Shown here: positions 26,052-38,890 of the stretch, in pieces
Layout: every line of letters starts with the position of its first letter
Numbering within the stretch: the first letter of the stretch is position 1
From: Eledone cirrhosa
Lineage: Eukaryota
DNA: 64,000 bases
NCBI GenBank assembly: GCA_964016885.1
Contig: OZ024747.1
Location: 7,316,001 to 7,380,000, forward strand
Reading direction: 5' to 3'
Translations under genes and position numbers: made by a program
Notes under the pieces: generated by a model
The model's database searches: none
What the model saw: the letters and a program-made list of their open reading frames with translations, nothing else
What the model was told of the DNA's origin: nothing

Positions 26052-28491
26052 CTCTCGCTCCCTATTACCGGGTTTTTAATCTCGCCTCCCTCTTCGCCTC
26101 AGTACAATCACTCATTCTCTTACTCTTTCAACACCTCTATTGTTATCGATGAGCACCTGTGACCCTCTCAAGTCAACAATGACGTCATAATGACGTCAAC
26201 GGCACACGATCTTCTCTATGCATTATATTCTTCGCCTTTCTTTTTTAAATATTTTCTTCTTCCTAATCTTCTCTCGTCTATTCTTCTATCTCTTTCTCTC
26301 CTGTTTTGCCGCTTTCTCTTGTCTTTTACTTTTGTCTCACCCACCTACCCATTCAGTCTCAATTTCTCAAGGACCAACAACATCTAATTACGAACATTAT
26401 GAATGTCTACAATAACAAATGTCATTACATATGGCACTACCACCAACACCACCAAAACAGCCAACAGAACACTCGTCACTTATACTAACAATGACATTAC
26501 CACTACAACTATCTATAATGTCATTATTATATCCCACACCACCGAGCTTAACTTTGCCTTTCATCCTTACGAGGTCGATAAAATAAAGCACCAGTAATAC
26601 ACTGAGGTAATTGCTGGCCTTATGCCCAAGGTAGAAATAATTATTACATCCCACACCAACAACAAGAATATATTACATCACATTTAACACTTCTATAACC
26701 CGAATCAGCGGTCGATTGACCTGTTAGAAAGAAAACAAAAACAAAACAAAAAGCAGCCGAATTTCTCTCAAATTCCATTAATTAATGTAGTCTTAGGGAA
26801 AAGACGCGATGGTTACGGCTGGAATGTCTTTGATCTTGGTTGATCTAGCTTGACTAAATATCAACACTGCCATGAACAGCAGCCGACACAACGACGGACG
26901 AGCGCAGTCGTTTAGAAATAGCAGCCGAATTCTTTTAAATCACACCCTATCGTCATAATTAAAGACGCTTTGGGCAATGCAGTCCTACATATTTTTTTTA
27001 AGAGAGAAAAAAATCACGACAGGAACACCTTTGATCATTGAACAACCCAATCAGGGTTGACATGGAACTAAACAACAACATAACCCTCAATCAAAACCGC
27101 AGATACGTTTCGCTACTTGGTCACCATATCGGTTCTTTACTAAGTAAAGAAATATGTATTAAATCGTACATCATCTCACATTCAGATACAGATATACTCA
27201 CAAGCATGCTGGCTTTTCTTTTATTCTATACACATACACTCTTTAGCGCGCAATATAAACGCATTAAAAAATGAACATAGGTATACAAAAGACGGAGTGG
27301 TTTCGACTAGAATGCCTTTTTATCATTGGCCTGCTCAGTTGACTAAACATGAGAGTTAAACAATTATAAGAGAAACTATATAAACAAAAACACAGGGACC
27401 ACTATCAAACGAAGAAACCTTTACATAGTTGTTTGGCCGGATAGAAATAACAAATCACTTAAAAGAAGGACACCTTCTGGTGGTGACGACCCCATTCCAG
27501 ACTGGATCGTCACGGCTAGAATGTTTTGATCATTGGTCTACTCAATCAAGGCTGCCCTAGGGTTAAATAACACAGGTGTACACACACCAAAACACAAGGT
27601 CTCTCTCTCTCGCCACAAACGTGTTGGGCAAACTTAGAGAAGACAGCGACATGACATTGTGGGTAGTAGTAGTAGTAGTAGTAGTAGTAGTAATTGGATG
27701 GGATGGAGACGTCGGATAAGAGCTTGTTTAACTTTAGATTAACCCTTCGCATATGATCAAAAGCATTCTAGATATGGCCATCACATCGTATTTTAAAAAC
27801 AATTATACATAAAGGGTGCCATTGGGGTCGATAAAATAAAGTACCAGTAATACACTAGGTATTTGCTGGCCTTGTGCCAAAAAGTAGAAACAATTATTTA
27901 AAGTCCTTTTTTTTTTATTAAGATAGCAGGGTGTGATTTTGAGGATGAGGTGGGGTACGATTTATAACATGTCTAGCGACCATGTAGAAGCTGCTTGGAG
28001 AGCTCGTGATTATGAGGTTGACATGGGATGGTGAGGGTGTATATATTAGGGCTAAATGATGCTGCACTGTGATGGTGGTAGTAGGTATAACGAGTCTGGT
28101 GGTGAAAGATGTAAAAAGGGTTTATGTGACGTGTAGCGACGACGAGCGATGATGGCAGTAATACAGTGATATGTGTACAGTGAAGAATGTTATATAGTGG
28201 TTGTAATGTGGTGATGAATAATCGTAATAAGATCGTGGGTGTGGAAGAAGAGGTGGTGGTGGTGGTGGGGTTATTATGGTGGAGAGAACTGATCACATTC
28301 CCTACCCCCAGACAGACATCAGACATGTGTTGCTGTATATGTTCATTTTGAATCATACTGTTAACACACATATGTGTGTGTGTGTGTGTGTGTGTGTATA
28401 TGCTTTGAAATTATTGTATACATATATATATGTATATACATACATATAAATTTATACACATGCACACGCACACACATCTATACACACGCAC

Positions 28492-28533
<42 letters not shown>

Positions 28534-29794
28534 GGCCAGACTTTCACCTACTGAAGCCCTCAGCTATATGAAATTTGAGGCCCTTTTCTAAAACAAAATT
28601 CGGGTAAAAAACATTTTAATTATACATGATTATTATTTTTTTTATATTAATGCTTTCACCGCTCCTGATTATAAGTACAAACGTACTCATGTAAATACCT
28701 CAAATACATGTACGAACACATACATACTATAAACACACAGGCATATACAACAGCTAAACACACAGGTACAGATAGACATATACACACGGTAAACATACAA
28801 GCAGGTTTGGTGCTACCATCAAAGCCAACTAGGCAGCTACCTATGAAACACACTTCAGTGAAGTGTATTACTAAAACTTAGCAAATTTATACAATTTATA
28901 TAATTAAATAAAACATGTAATTGTTTCTACTTTAGGCACAAGGCCAGCAATTACCCAGTACATTACTGGTACTTTATTTTATCGCCTCCGTAAGTATGAA
29001 AGGCAAAGTTAACCTCGGCGAGATAACATATAACTTCCTATGAGCAATAAATAAATCACTAAACACCTTTGCCCTGTAGTAGAGTTGTGAAAATATCCAA
29101 AGCGACAGTTAGGGTTAAGACCTGTTACTCGATTTGGCATGGGTGTGTGTGGACTGTATGGTGGAAAGTGTAGGCTTAGTAATTTTTTTCAGTGTGGCCA
29201 GAGCAAAAAGTGTCAAGAACAACGTACAACCCACACAGGAATGGAACCCATGATATTATGATCGGAAGTCAAGCACACACAAGCCTTTAACACTCACGTT
29301 ATCATCCTTCAATGAAAAATAAAAATAAAAATTTATCAAAAAATCTCAAAATATAACTAATATAAAAAAAATGACAAAATAATCCCAACATATTTTACTT
29401 TTTAATTTTTTTTTTTTTTTTATTATTTACTTCATGAAGTTAAACATCTTGACAACAATTACAGAAGGGCCAGCTAATGACCTTCAGATATACATATGTA
29501 CAGAAAAATGTACATGTAAACATTTATGTGTGAATTTACATGTAGAATAAACATATTTCAAAAATACAGACTGAGCAACAGATACAGGAAACTACATGTG
29601 ACACTGTTTGAGTTCAGAAATCTTTCAAAAGCCAATTTTGTTTTCTTAAGTGATCTGGTAATAAATATTCTCTAAATTGAGACAATAATTTTCTTCTTTT
29701 GTAGACAGCAGCAATTTTATTTTGAAAATCTTGGAATTTTTTTTTTTTTTTAAATAACAACTACGCATGTATGTCTCTCAAATTGAAAATATAT

Positions 29795-30212
29795 CAGAGC
29801 TGTGTTCTTTCCCCCCTTATGTACAGCTCAGAATGCTGGAGAATGACCTGACTAAACTGTCAGTGCTTCACACAGACTCTTACAAGAATCCTTAGCATTT
29901 TTTAGCCTAAAAAGATCTCCAACATGGAATTACTGAGTAGATGCCAACAAGAAAATATGTCAGCAATCCTTCCCAGAAGATGGAAGTAGACAGGGCATGT
30001 TCTCAGAAGAGAGAAAGATAGCATGCCCAGAACAGCCCTTCACTGGACACCAGTAGGCCAAAGATCAGCTGGTGCAGAACAGTTGCGTTAGAGATGAAGA
30101 CCAGGCAACACACACAGGGTACCATCCTGAAGCTGACCCCGGACAGGCAGGTGTGAAGGACCTTCGTTTCTGCCCTATATACTAGTGGGCATAACAGACA
30201 GTAGCAGTAGTG
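29795..30212 (+). mobile_element. Old RTE-clade LINE 3' fragment
   Basis: SCVLSPLMYSSECWRMT, RILSIF*PKKISNMELL, RRWK*TGHVLRREKDSMPRTALHWTP, DRQV*RTFVSALY; stops and deletions present. Confidence 0.75.
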
Positions 30213-32269
30213 AGTATGTCTCTATAGAGTTAACTTCAAAAGCCAACAACATCATTTTCTGAAACAATTGTGTAATTCTATAAATATGTAATGTTTCCCA
30301 ATTTATAATTGCATTATTTCTTCTAGCTGAACTTTCAAGAGCTTATTGGTATTGACTTTAATTCTATTTGAATTAACTGCATAAAATGTAGTTTATAGCC
30401 AAGATAACTGGACATTTAGCTATTTTCTCTTATAATCATCGTCAGTTTAACATCTGTTTTAACATATTGGCTTGTAGATAATATTGCTTATTGTCCAATG
30501 TTATAATTTTACCTTTCCAAATTGGGAAATATCCCAAAATTAACAAAGTGTATTCATCATCATTCATCATTTCATTTTACGTCTGCTTATCCCTGCTTGC
30601 AAGGGTGGGACTATTCATATTTCATAATTGCTGATTCTCAGGAACATTGTAAAAACATCTTACAATTTTTCTTATGCATCTTTGTAATATCTAACAGATC
30701 ATCTGGAGAGGCACTGTTGTGTAGAGTCAAAAGCTTGGTACGAAGACGTACATCTTCAAATATGAAAAGATCAACCTTGCAAGATGTGAAGACTCAAGAT
30801 CAGTAACAACAATAAAAAAGGTTTTGTTTCCTACAATAAATATTTCTGTATGCTTCTAGAATCTGGTGGTGACTACAATAGTTGTTTCTACTTTTGGCAC
30901 AAGGCCAGCAATTACCCAGTACATTACTGGTACTTTATTTTATCGACCCCCGTAAGGATGACTACAATAGTGAAAGTTAAGGTGAACTCAGCCTGAGCAA
31001 GCCCATGATAAAGCTTCTATGTGGTCACTCGACCTGCTAGAAATAGCAGCCAAATCTCCCCCAACTTCCCCCTATAGTCTCTAAAATGTTTGACTATACT
31101 GGAAAACTCAGTCCTGGATATAATAGGTTAGAAAAGAGAATGAGATGGCCATGGCTAGAACACTGGTCAGACAATAAATATTTTCCAGAGAATGCCATGA
31201 CAGTTGCAGAAAGCAATCAAACTTCATGACATGAAGACTTGATCAAATCAGCTACAGTTGGGTACGTTGTTTTAGTGACACCAGAATATATTAAAAAGAG
31301 ATTATTTCCTAATTTTACAATTATCTTTGGTCCCCAGAGAAACAATGTACTACATGAAAACCTCTCAAATATCTTTTATTTATTCTAATTTCAGTTCACA
31401 ATAGTTTCAGGTTGGCTAATGCCTTGCAAGTGAAATTTATTAGACAGAAATTGTGTGGAAGCCCACCGCATGTATGTGTGTGTATGTATGTATACCAACA
31501 TCATTGCTCACACAGCAATATAAATTGTTATAGTAAAGTACATTCAAGGTAGGTAACTCTGTAAAGGAAATGTAACTCTGGTAAACGTAACCATTCAATA
31601 AAATGAATACCAGACAAAGTACTAGGGTTGATATAATTGTCTAAGACATTTGAAGAGAGTGACTCCCACATGTCTGCAATCTAATGGCTGAAACAAATAG
31701 ATCAGTAAAATTTAATATGAAGTTATTTTCTGTTAGCAAACACAGTATCGATTGAAGTTTGTCTTAAACCTGTAAATCTAAAGTTGGTTAACTGCAGTAA
31801 AAGAGTAGGAGAAATTGAACACACTGCTTCATACTTTAGAATAAAGAATTTAACAAGTAAAAGGAAAAGAATTAAAGTTGTCAAATTTATACTTGTATCT
31901 AAATTGTTGGCACAAGTTGTTCCTTCTTTTACAGATGAATATGTTGTTGTTATTTTACTGAGTGTGCTGTGCCAAGTAGCATGATGTGTCTTGTCCAAGG
32001 ATGCATCTTAATGCCTGTAATAGGGTTTGAATGTCTGATCTTCCAGTCAGAAGCCTTTAATTTTCGTCACACAGAAACCCATACTGGCAGAGAGACATAT
32101 GTAATGTAAATCATGGCTGACCTAGGGCCACACAACAATAAAAATATAAACGTAGATATGTAGACGCAGACAGACAAGCATAGGCATCCACTCACACATA
32201 AATGGATGCATACATACACATATAAACGGACGGGGGCACACACAATACAATTATCTGAAACACGAGGTA

Positions 32270-32506
32270 TCACGCTGAAGCTTCACCAAGGAGCCGTCGC
32301 TGTGCTAGTTCATTGTCAGGGTTCATCTCAATCAATTCGTTGCTAGATACAGCCAAGTCTTGCACTGAAATACGTCCTCTCTGATGGATGTACTTTGCCA
32401 CAGCCTGCAGCTCATCTTTTGTTATGTAAATGAACTTTCCCCGGTCATCCATGACTCCAGTCAATGTGCCATCAGCAAGTAGACACTGCACCCGATCAAT
32501 TGCTTC
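32270..32506 (-). CDS. DDRGK1: DDRGK1 terminal coding exon 8 (winged-helix/PCI-like region with DDRGK motif); UFM1 E3-ligase adaptor UFBP1
   Basis: acceptor TCCCAG|GAA; [59 protein letters not shown]...*; the spliced CDS totals 981 nt = 326 aa + stop. Confidence 0.97.
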   Translation of the reverse strand, partial: EAIDRVQCLLADGTLTGVMDDRGKFIYITKDELQAVAKYIHQRGRISVQDLAVSSNELIEMNPDNELAQRRLLGEASA

Positions 32507-33211
32507 CTGGGAATGAAACCACAATGGATGAAATAGAAATAGTGAATAGATATGGAAGAAGGGTAATTTTGGAGAGGTCAGATAAAAATGGAGATGGGAT
32601 CAAATGAAGTATGTACGGGATCTTGGGATCAAAGTGAGGTTTCATAAAATGAGTCTGACATTGGTGAGATGAAGTGAAGTGGGATGAACTTAGATTGGAG
32701 TGAGGCAGAGAGAAATGAAGAAACAATGTTTATTAATCTACTGTTAAGTCTTAACAAACATAATGATGGCAGTGCTAATGGTAATGTGCGGATAATTATA
32801 ATGACAATATCATTGGTAGAGTGTGGATGCAACATGACAGAATGTTTAAGAAGTTTGCTACAGAATCACTAAGTTCTAGGTTAGATTCCACTGAATAGCA
32901 TCTTGGGCAAGTGTCATTTACCATAACCTCAGCTCTACCCATGCCTTTTCAGTGAAACTGGGTAAACAGAAACTGTTATGGAGATTATCAGCTGGTATAC
33001 TCATCATTGAAAGCAATGGTGGACCCTGTCATGGGTAATATAGGTAAAGATGTTAGGAGAGTGGTATTGATTTTGTGGATGGAATGATCATAGTTGTGGT
33101 GATGTGATGATGCAATATCGAAGATGTTGACGAGAGGGAAAAGGGAGACATTCTTAAAACAATAAAAAAAACAGGAATATATTCAGAATTAGAAATAAAT
33201 GTAATCCCTAC

Positions 33212-33268
33212 CTGTGTTTTGATTGAGAAATGGTGAGCCAAATCTTCCAGCATTATGACTTTTATCTC
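33212..33268 (-). CDS. DDRGK1: DDRGK1 coding exon 7
   Basis: acceptor TATTTCAG|GAG, donor CAG|GTAGG; EIKVIMLEDLAHHFSIKTQ (conserved KVVxLEDLA...TQ). Confidence 0.93.
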
Positions 33269-33367
33269 CTGAAATACATAAAAAAAAAAAATATTGATAA
33301 AATATTGGTTGGTTGTGATAGAGGGGGGAGATGAAGCTGAGATTTAAGGATTACTTTGTCATAGAGA

Positions 33368-33620
33368 AGGTGCATGGCTTAGTGGTTAGAGCATCGAATT
33401 GACAATCATGAGTTTGTGAATTTGATTCCTGGGCTGAGTGATGTGTTGTATTCTTGAGCAAGACACTTTATTTTCATGTTGCTCCAGTTCATTCAGCCGT
33501 AGAAATGAGTTGTGACATCACCAGTGCCATATTGGCCTTAGCCTTTCCCTTGGACAACATCGGTGGTGGGGAGAGAGGAGACTGGTATGCATGGGTGACT
33601 GCTGGTCTTCCACAAAGCAA
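33368..33620 (+). mobile_element. Second tRNA-derived SINE family (related copy at 11150-11262 -)
   Basis: TGGCTTAGTGGTTAGAGC (A box) ... TTGATTCC (B-box-like), then CTTGAGCAAGACACTT..TTTCA.GTTGCTCCAGT. Confidence 0.65.
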
Positions 33621-34082
33621 ACTTTTTGAAGGAACTGTTTTTTTGCCTCAAACCCTAACAACAATTTCAGGGTCAGTAGAGGAGACAATGAGCAGAGTTT
33701 CTTTTCCAAGAATATGACAAGCAAATCCAAAGGACAACACTTGGGTAAGATAGCAGTGATAATAAAGATTTCTTTTCACATTCAACCTCGGCCAAGGAAT
33801 TTGTTTTTCGTTTTGGAGGTGTCGAGTCAATCTAGTAACCCCAATATTTAACGATTTATTTCATTGACCCAGAAGGAATGACAAGTAAATTTGACCTGAT
33901 GAGATTTTGATGTTTATAAGTGTTTATATGAATGTATCCTTGTAAAGATAACATAACAGTAACTGATAATAGTGAGTAGCGATGTGGTACTGGACCCAAG
34001 AATGTCAGAAGTCTCCACCCCTACAAGTTCAACAACAAACCTATCAGAAATTAGCTGATACTTCAATAGTTTGAGATCTTAC

Positions 34083-34121
34083 CTTGATATAATTGATAAA
34101 TTCTTCCAGCAATGACTGTGA
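34083..34121 (-). CDS. DDRGK1: DDRGK1 coding exon 6 (39-nt micro-exon, absent from ORF track)
   Basis: polypyrimidine acceptor TTCTTTTCTTTCCTTACAG, donor AAG|GTAAGA; SQSLLEEFINYIK, close to vertebrate SQSFLTEFINYIK. Confidence 0.93.
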
Positions 34122-34614
34122 CTGTAAGGAAAGAAAAGAAGAAGTATTTGTTAATCAATTTTCAATATTTTACACATCACATATTGATTTACAGGTTAGA
34201 TCATAATCCTCCTTCTCTCTCCATCTGTTCTTCTGCCCACCATCTAATAATTTATTCCAACATTTAATTCTGACCAACTGAATCTCATAATTAAAATGGC
34301 TAATAAAATAAATGTTTGATGAGGGGACCAACCAGGGAGGGGTTCCTTCAACAAGAGAGAGAAGGCCCTGGATTGGATTGGATAGCAATGGTAACAATAG
34401 TTGTTTTCCTACTGATAAACAGTATTGTAATAGTTGAGTGATCTGACCCCAGAAAATACAGGAATATTGAATTAGAAATCATAAATGTGAGATAGTAAAC
34501 TAGACATACAGATAGCTGCTACCACCTATACGTTATCAACTCTAAGAATAACAGATGTCTACCAGAAATATTTAAAACTACACACATACAAACAAGAGAA
34601 CCTAAGGAGCTTAC

Positions 34615-34737
34615 ATCCAAATCTCCTGATTGTTCTTGTTCTCCTTCTTCATCTATCGTAAACTCAGCTTTCAGTTTCAAATACTCTTCATATTCTCTTT
34701 TCTCCTCTTCTTCCTTCGCCTTGCGCAGAGCAGCTTC
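34615..34737 (-). CDS. DDRGK1: DDRGK1 coding exon 5
   Basis: acceptor TTTTCCAG|GAA, donor GAT|GTAAGC; EAALRKAKEEEEKREYEEYLKLKAEFTIDEEGEQEQSGDLD (conserved EEYLKLKxxFxxxEEG). Confidence 0.93.
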
Positions 34738-34911
34738 CTGGAAAATATGAATAACAATGATGATTTCTGAACTTGGCATGAAAAAATAAATGTTAAAAGA
34801 TAAACTTTCAAATGAGAGCTGATGAGATTAAATGGCTAGGATATTAGAGACTATTGACTCAAAATCTGTAATTTCAGAGCTTGTCATATCATTGTCAATA
34901 TAGAAACTTAC

Positions 34912-35013
34912 CCTTTCAGCTTCTTCTTGTTGATGTTTCTTCTCTTCTTCTTTCTTTTTTTCCTCCTGAACAGCTAACCTCTCTTTTTTCTCCTCACGTT
35001 CTATTTCCATTTG
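34912..35013 (-). CDS. DDRGK1: DDRGK1 coding exon 4 (E/K-rich coiled coil)
   Basis: acceptor TTTACAG|CAA, donor AGG|GTAAGT; QMEIEREEKKERLAVQEEKKKEEEKKHQQEEAER; 102 nt. Confidence 0.9.
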
Positions 35014-35762
35014 CTGTAAAATATTAAAAGTTCTCGATAAGATATAAATCAATGTACCATAGACAGTAGAGCAATCATCAGTGGTAGATGTCTGGCCCAA
35101 ACATATTTCAGCTGGATTAGAAAGTTTAAGGTCATTTTTAAAATCAATAAACTTACATTGTGGCAAATATCTTTACATACATACAATGCCCTCACACAGA
35201 CATTACAGACAAGCCTTCACATATGTGTGCACATTCATGCAGTAACACACACATGAGGGGACCTCAAAAACATTATTAGCCCTAATAAAAAGGTAAAGAA
35301 AGAACTGCACAGAACTTAAAAGTTCCTTTGCATTCTTTCTTGCCTGTTGGTGTGCTGCCATTGAGAGTGAGAAGCTGAAAATATTTGGGCACTTGCTTAA
35401 GGACTTCCAAAGCCTATCACCATTCTTGTCGGGTCCTAAAGGACCAGTTTTTCCAGTGACAGAAGGCAGGATTTAAACTCAGAGTCCACAGAGCTAGAAT
35501 AGATCTTCAAATGCTTTAACAATTCCAACAATCCACTCTGAACAGATTCTATATTAATCAACCTCCAATAAAATGAAAGGCAAAGTTGACCTCAGAGTAC
35601 AAACAGCTGAACAAATACCACCAAGAATTCTATCCAACACACTAGTGTCTCAGTAAGTAGCCCCTCTCACTCAATAATTTCCAAAATACAGATATCAATA
35701 AGCCTCTGAAATCTTCTATTTAAATATACAATATTTACTTTTTCTTTAAATCAAAATTTTAC

Positions 35763-35920
35763 CTCTCTCATTGCTTTTTTCTCTGCTTTTTCCTGTAGTT
35801 TACGCATCTTCTTGGCACCAATTTTGCCTTCTGGCATGACAATGTTGTCGAAAATATTTTCTTCATTATCTGAGGCATTTTCTCGTTCATCTCTACCCAC
35901 ATTAACAGGAACATCTTCAT
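35763..35920 (-). CDS. DDRGK1: DDRGK1 coding exon 3
   Basis: acceptor TCTCTTGCAG|AT, donor GAG|GTAAA; ...EGKIGAKKMRKLQEKAEKKAMRE matches the conserved DDRGK1 KIGAKKxRKLEEK motif; phase 1-0. Confidence 0.92.
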
Positions 35921-36265
35921 CTGCAAGAGAAATCAACTAAACTCAGCTAGATTCTAGGCAAACACTATTAGTAGAATGTATTCTATGAACCTTGGTTACT
36001 TCTGACCACTAAATTGTAAGAACTTAAACTGAACATAAACTACATCTTAAAGTCAGCCCTGATGAGGCAAACATATGTTAAAAGACGTTCCAGTTGTGCT
36101 ATCCCATCTTTTCATAAATCCAGAACAACATTGTTTAACAGGTCCTTCCATTTTTTGAAGTAGCAAAAAAAAAGGTACAACTCCAATAAAAACTATAGTT
36201 TAAATGTTAACATGAAGAAATTGATGTAACCCTGAAAGTCTGCAGAAATATAAAGAAACCATTAC

Positions 36266-36373
36266 CTGAATCTCTTTCCAGTTGCATTCGCCGCCGAGCT
36301 ATCTTGCGTCTAGCTCCAACTGGGATATTCTCACGAACAGGAGGAACATTTTGTAACCGGTTGACAGGTTCAG
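36266..36373 (-). CDS. DDRGK1: DDRGK1 coding exon 2
   Basis: acceptor ATTAAAG|CT, donor CAG|GTAAT; (A)EPVNRLQNVPPVRENIPVGARRKIARRRMQLERDS; 108 nt, phase 1-1. Confidence 0.8.
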
Positions 36374-37345
36374 CTTTAATGACAATGAGAGAATACATTA
36401 AACACCGATATTTATTGTGAATGTTGATTAATATGTCTCTGGATGTTAACTAACAAAGGCAGTGTTGTTAGGAAGATTAACACATGATCATCATTTTACG
36501 TCCACTTTTCGATGCCTACATGGGTTGGATGGGTCTTTTCCAGCACACACACACATTGTCATCCCTATGTGGACATTAACACAAAACCCAAGCTAACATA
36601 TCACTCTTATCTACCACATTATCACTGCCAATGATCGATGGTATTATACGCCACATTATGTTTCCAATAATCCCCAAGTGAGGATCCTCCTTTTTCCGCC
36701 TTCCTTGTTTGACTTTGTTTCTGACTCCACTGGCGAAGAATAACGCAGTTGACCAAAGAATCGTTAATTGCTCTTGCCTAAACTACACCTTCCATGTGAA
36801 TGCACAACCAAGGAAACTACGGAACCAGCGGTGTTTCATTGTCACAAGTGCGTGTACTACCCAACAGTCTGTTTGTTTGTGATTCCAAGAAGTCTGATTT
36901 ATGCTGGACTTGGATTATAGTGAAGGAAAACCACATTAGACGACCAGCTTCACTCTCTTGATTCCCTGGGCCAGTGACAAAGCAAGTCAAGACGACTGTG
37001 AGTATACTAGGAGCAGTGTAATGACCAGAGCGATCTACGTGTTTATATATGAGAACATTCTGATGGATTTGACTGTAATAAATAATAATAAACGTAGAGA
37101 GGATAGTAAACAAAGACTTGAAGAGTTAAACTGCAGATTTTACGCCACTAAAATATATCTTAGCCTATACAGCAATATATATCGAACCTAAACACGGTGG
37201 AATATTAGAACTAAAGTTACGTATTAAAAACAAACCCACTAACAGTGAAAACAGTTATGCTAAAAGAGAGATTAAGATAAACTTGTTATCAACAATAAAA
37301 CGATATAAGGAACAACATATGTTTCCTGATAACGGAACATCCTAC

Positions 37346-37502
37346 CTCTAATTGGTTTCAGTGGCTCTTTAGTGCTGAACCATCGGTTAATGAGAGTAAG
37401 TATCAATATAGTTAACAATAATAATCCAATTAATACGATGTAAACAGTCTCTCTTGGCCAAATTGACTGTTTGCTGCTGTCGGTAAAAGTCTCGTCCTCC
37501 AT
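37346..37502 (-). CDS. DDRGK1: DDRGK1 coding exon 1 (start Met, N-terminal transmembrane anchor)
   Basis: ATG at 37502; MEDETFTDSSKQSIWPRETVYIVLIGLLLLTILILTLINRWFSTKEPLKPIR, with a hydrophobic TM stretch; donor AG|GTAGG at 37345, phase 1 matching exon 2. Confidence 0.85.
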
Positions 37503-38440
37503 CTTTCTTACGTGTGTACAAAGTTAAGTAGATTGAAAATTAGAATAGGCTCAGCGGAAAGAATAATTTATATTTTTTGAGAAAAAAAAAATCAAAATAA
37601 ATGTAGTGCTAAAAATATCTAACTATATATTATACGTCATATAATGATATTTTTTATTCTATCAATATTTTAAGATTTGACTAAAATATGCATGAAATGT
37701 AAAGAAAAATATAATGTCTGTACAGAAATAGTAATAATGATTTGGCAATTTATTCGTTTCATTAGTCCTCAAGTGGGATAACTCGTGTGTCCAACGAGCG
37801 AATCTTCTATACCATCGTTCGATCTGCTAGAAATGACAGCCAAATTTCCTTTAAATCGCACACTTTTCACCTTAAATAGATAATGTTATTCTATTAAACC
37901 CGAAATTATAATAGGACTACTCGATCAAGATTGACCTGAGATAAAATAACAACTCATATCTCAAACTGTATTCCACATTGTATAGCATTTCTGTTTTTTC
38001 AAGCGAGCTTTACAGAGATGCTGTAGAACTACAAAAGCGTGGAATATTGTTGAATTGAATATATAGCCCTAAACGAAAATTCAGTAGCAATGCTAGAAAT
38101 AAACTATATGGCTTGTAGTGCCATATATGTAATAAGATAACCAGACACTGATTTAGAACACAAGTTGGTTAGGTTACTACCAACGTATTTAATGAGCCAA
38201 GAAATGTTAATAAGAACGACATCCTTGGTGAAAGAAAACAATTTGTTTAATGATCAATTTTCAAACAGGGGACGCAACTCTAAAATTGAAATTAATAAAC
38301 ATGAAGAATGTGAGAAATGCAATGAGAGTCATTCTGATCTTGGCAATGCCATGACAACTCTCCGATTTTTAATCATATGAGGTATGTTAGCACCGACTTA
38401 TTATTTGGTTTCCAAGCAGAGCGTATTTCTGGGTGTTATA

Positions 38441-38890
38441 TAATAATGAAATATTGTGTACAGTGCTCGGGTGCACTACAACTCATCAAAAAGTGTATGT
38501 ATAGTACATAGGGTAATGTACAAACATCAGGAAAATGAACAGTGCATGAGTCATGATATACACATAATAATGAAATTATTGTGTAAAGTGCTCAGGTGCA
38601 CTACAACTCGTCAAAGGTGTATGTATAGTACATAGAATAATACACAAATGTCAGGGAAGTACATGTGTGTATGTGTTAGCTGTTCTGTTGGCGGATATCG
38701 GGAAGCATGGAGGCCTTAAAGAATGCAGTGTCTCGACAGCTAACAACTGATGCAGGTAGTTTGTTCCATGCTTCAGCAACTCTGAGCGTGAAAAAATGTT
38801 TCCGAAAGTCATGGGAACTGTGCTGTTTTCTTACTTTGTGGGCATGTCCACGTGTGTTAGACACATGGAAATGTTTTCCCCAGTTCTTAG
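38441..38890 (-). mobile_element. CR1/L2-group LINE 3' end plus a tandem extra 3'-UTR copy; further tails at 42243-42300 (+) and 58875-59032 (-)
   Basis: TRGHAHKV..RKHFFTLRVAEAWNKLPASVV...FKASM; 3' UTR GAGTTGTAGTGCACCTGAGCACT.TACACAATAATTTC(ATT)n. Confidence 0.85.

Noticed and set aside
33368-33435. tRNA-like sequence (also 11200-11262)
   Set aside because: No intact cloverleaf; continues into a SINE body
36055-36075. CTGATGAG hammerhead-like core (also 24443, 11154, 22984)
   Set aside because: No stem II + GAAA + UH + stem I arrangement follows; some lie within other common repeats
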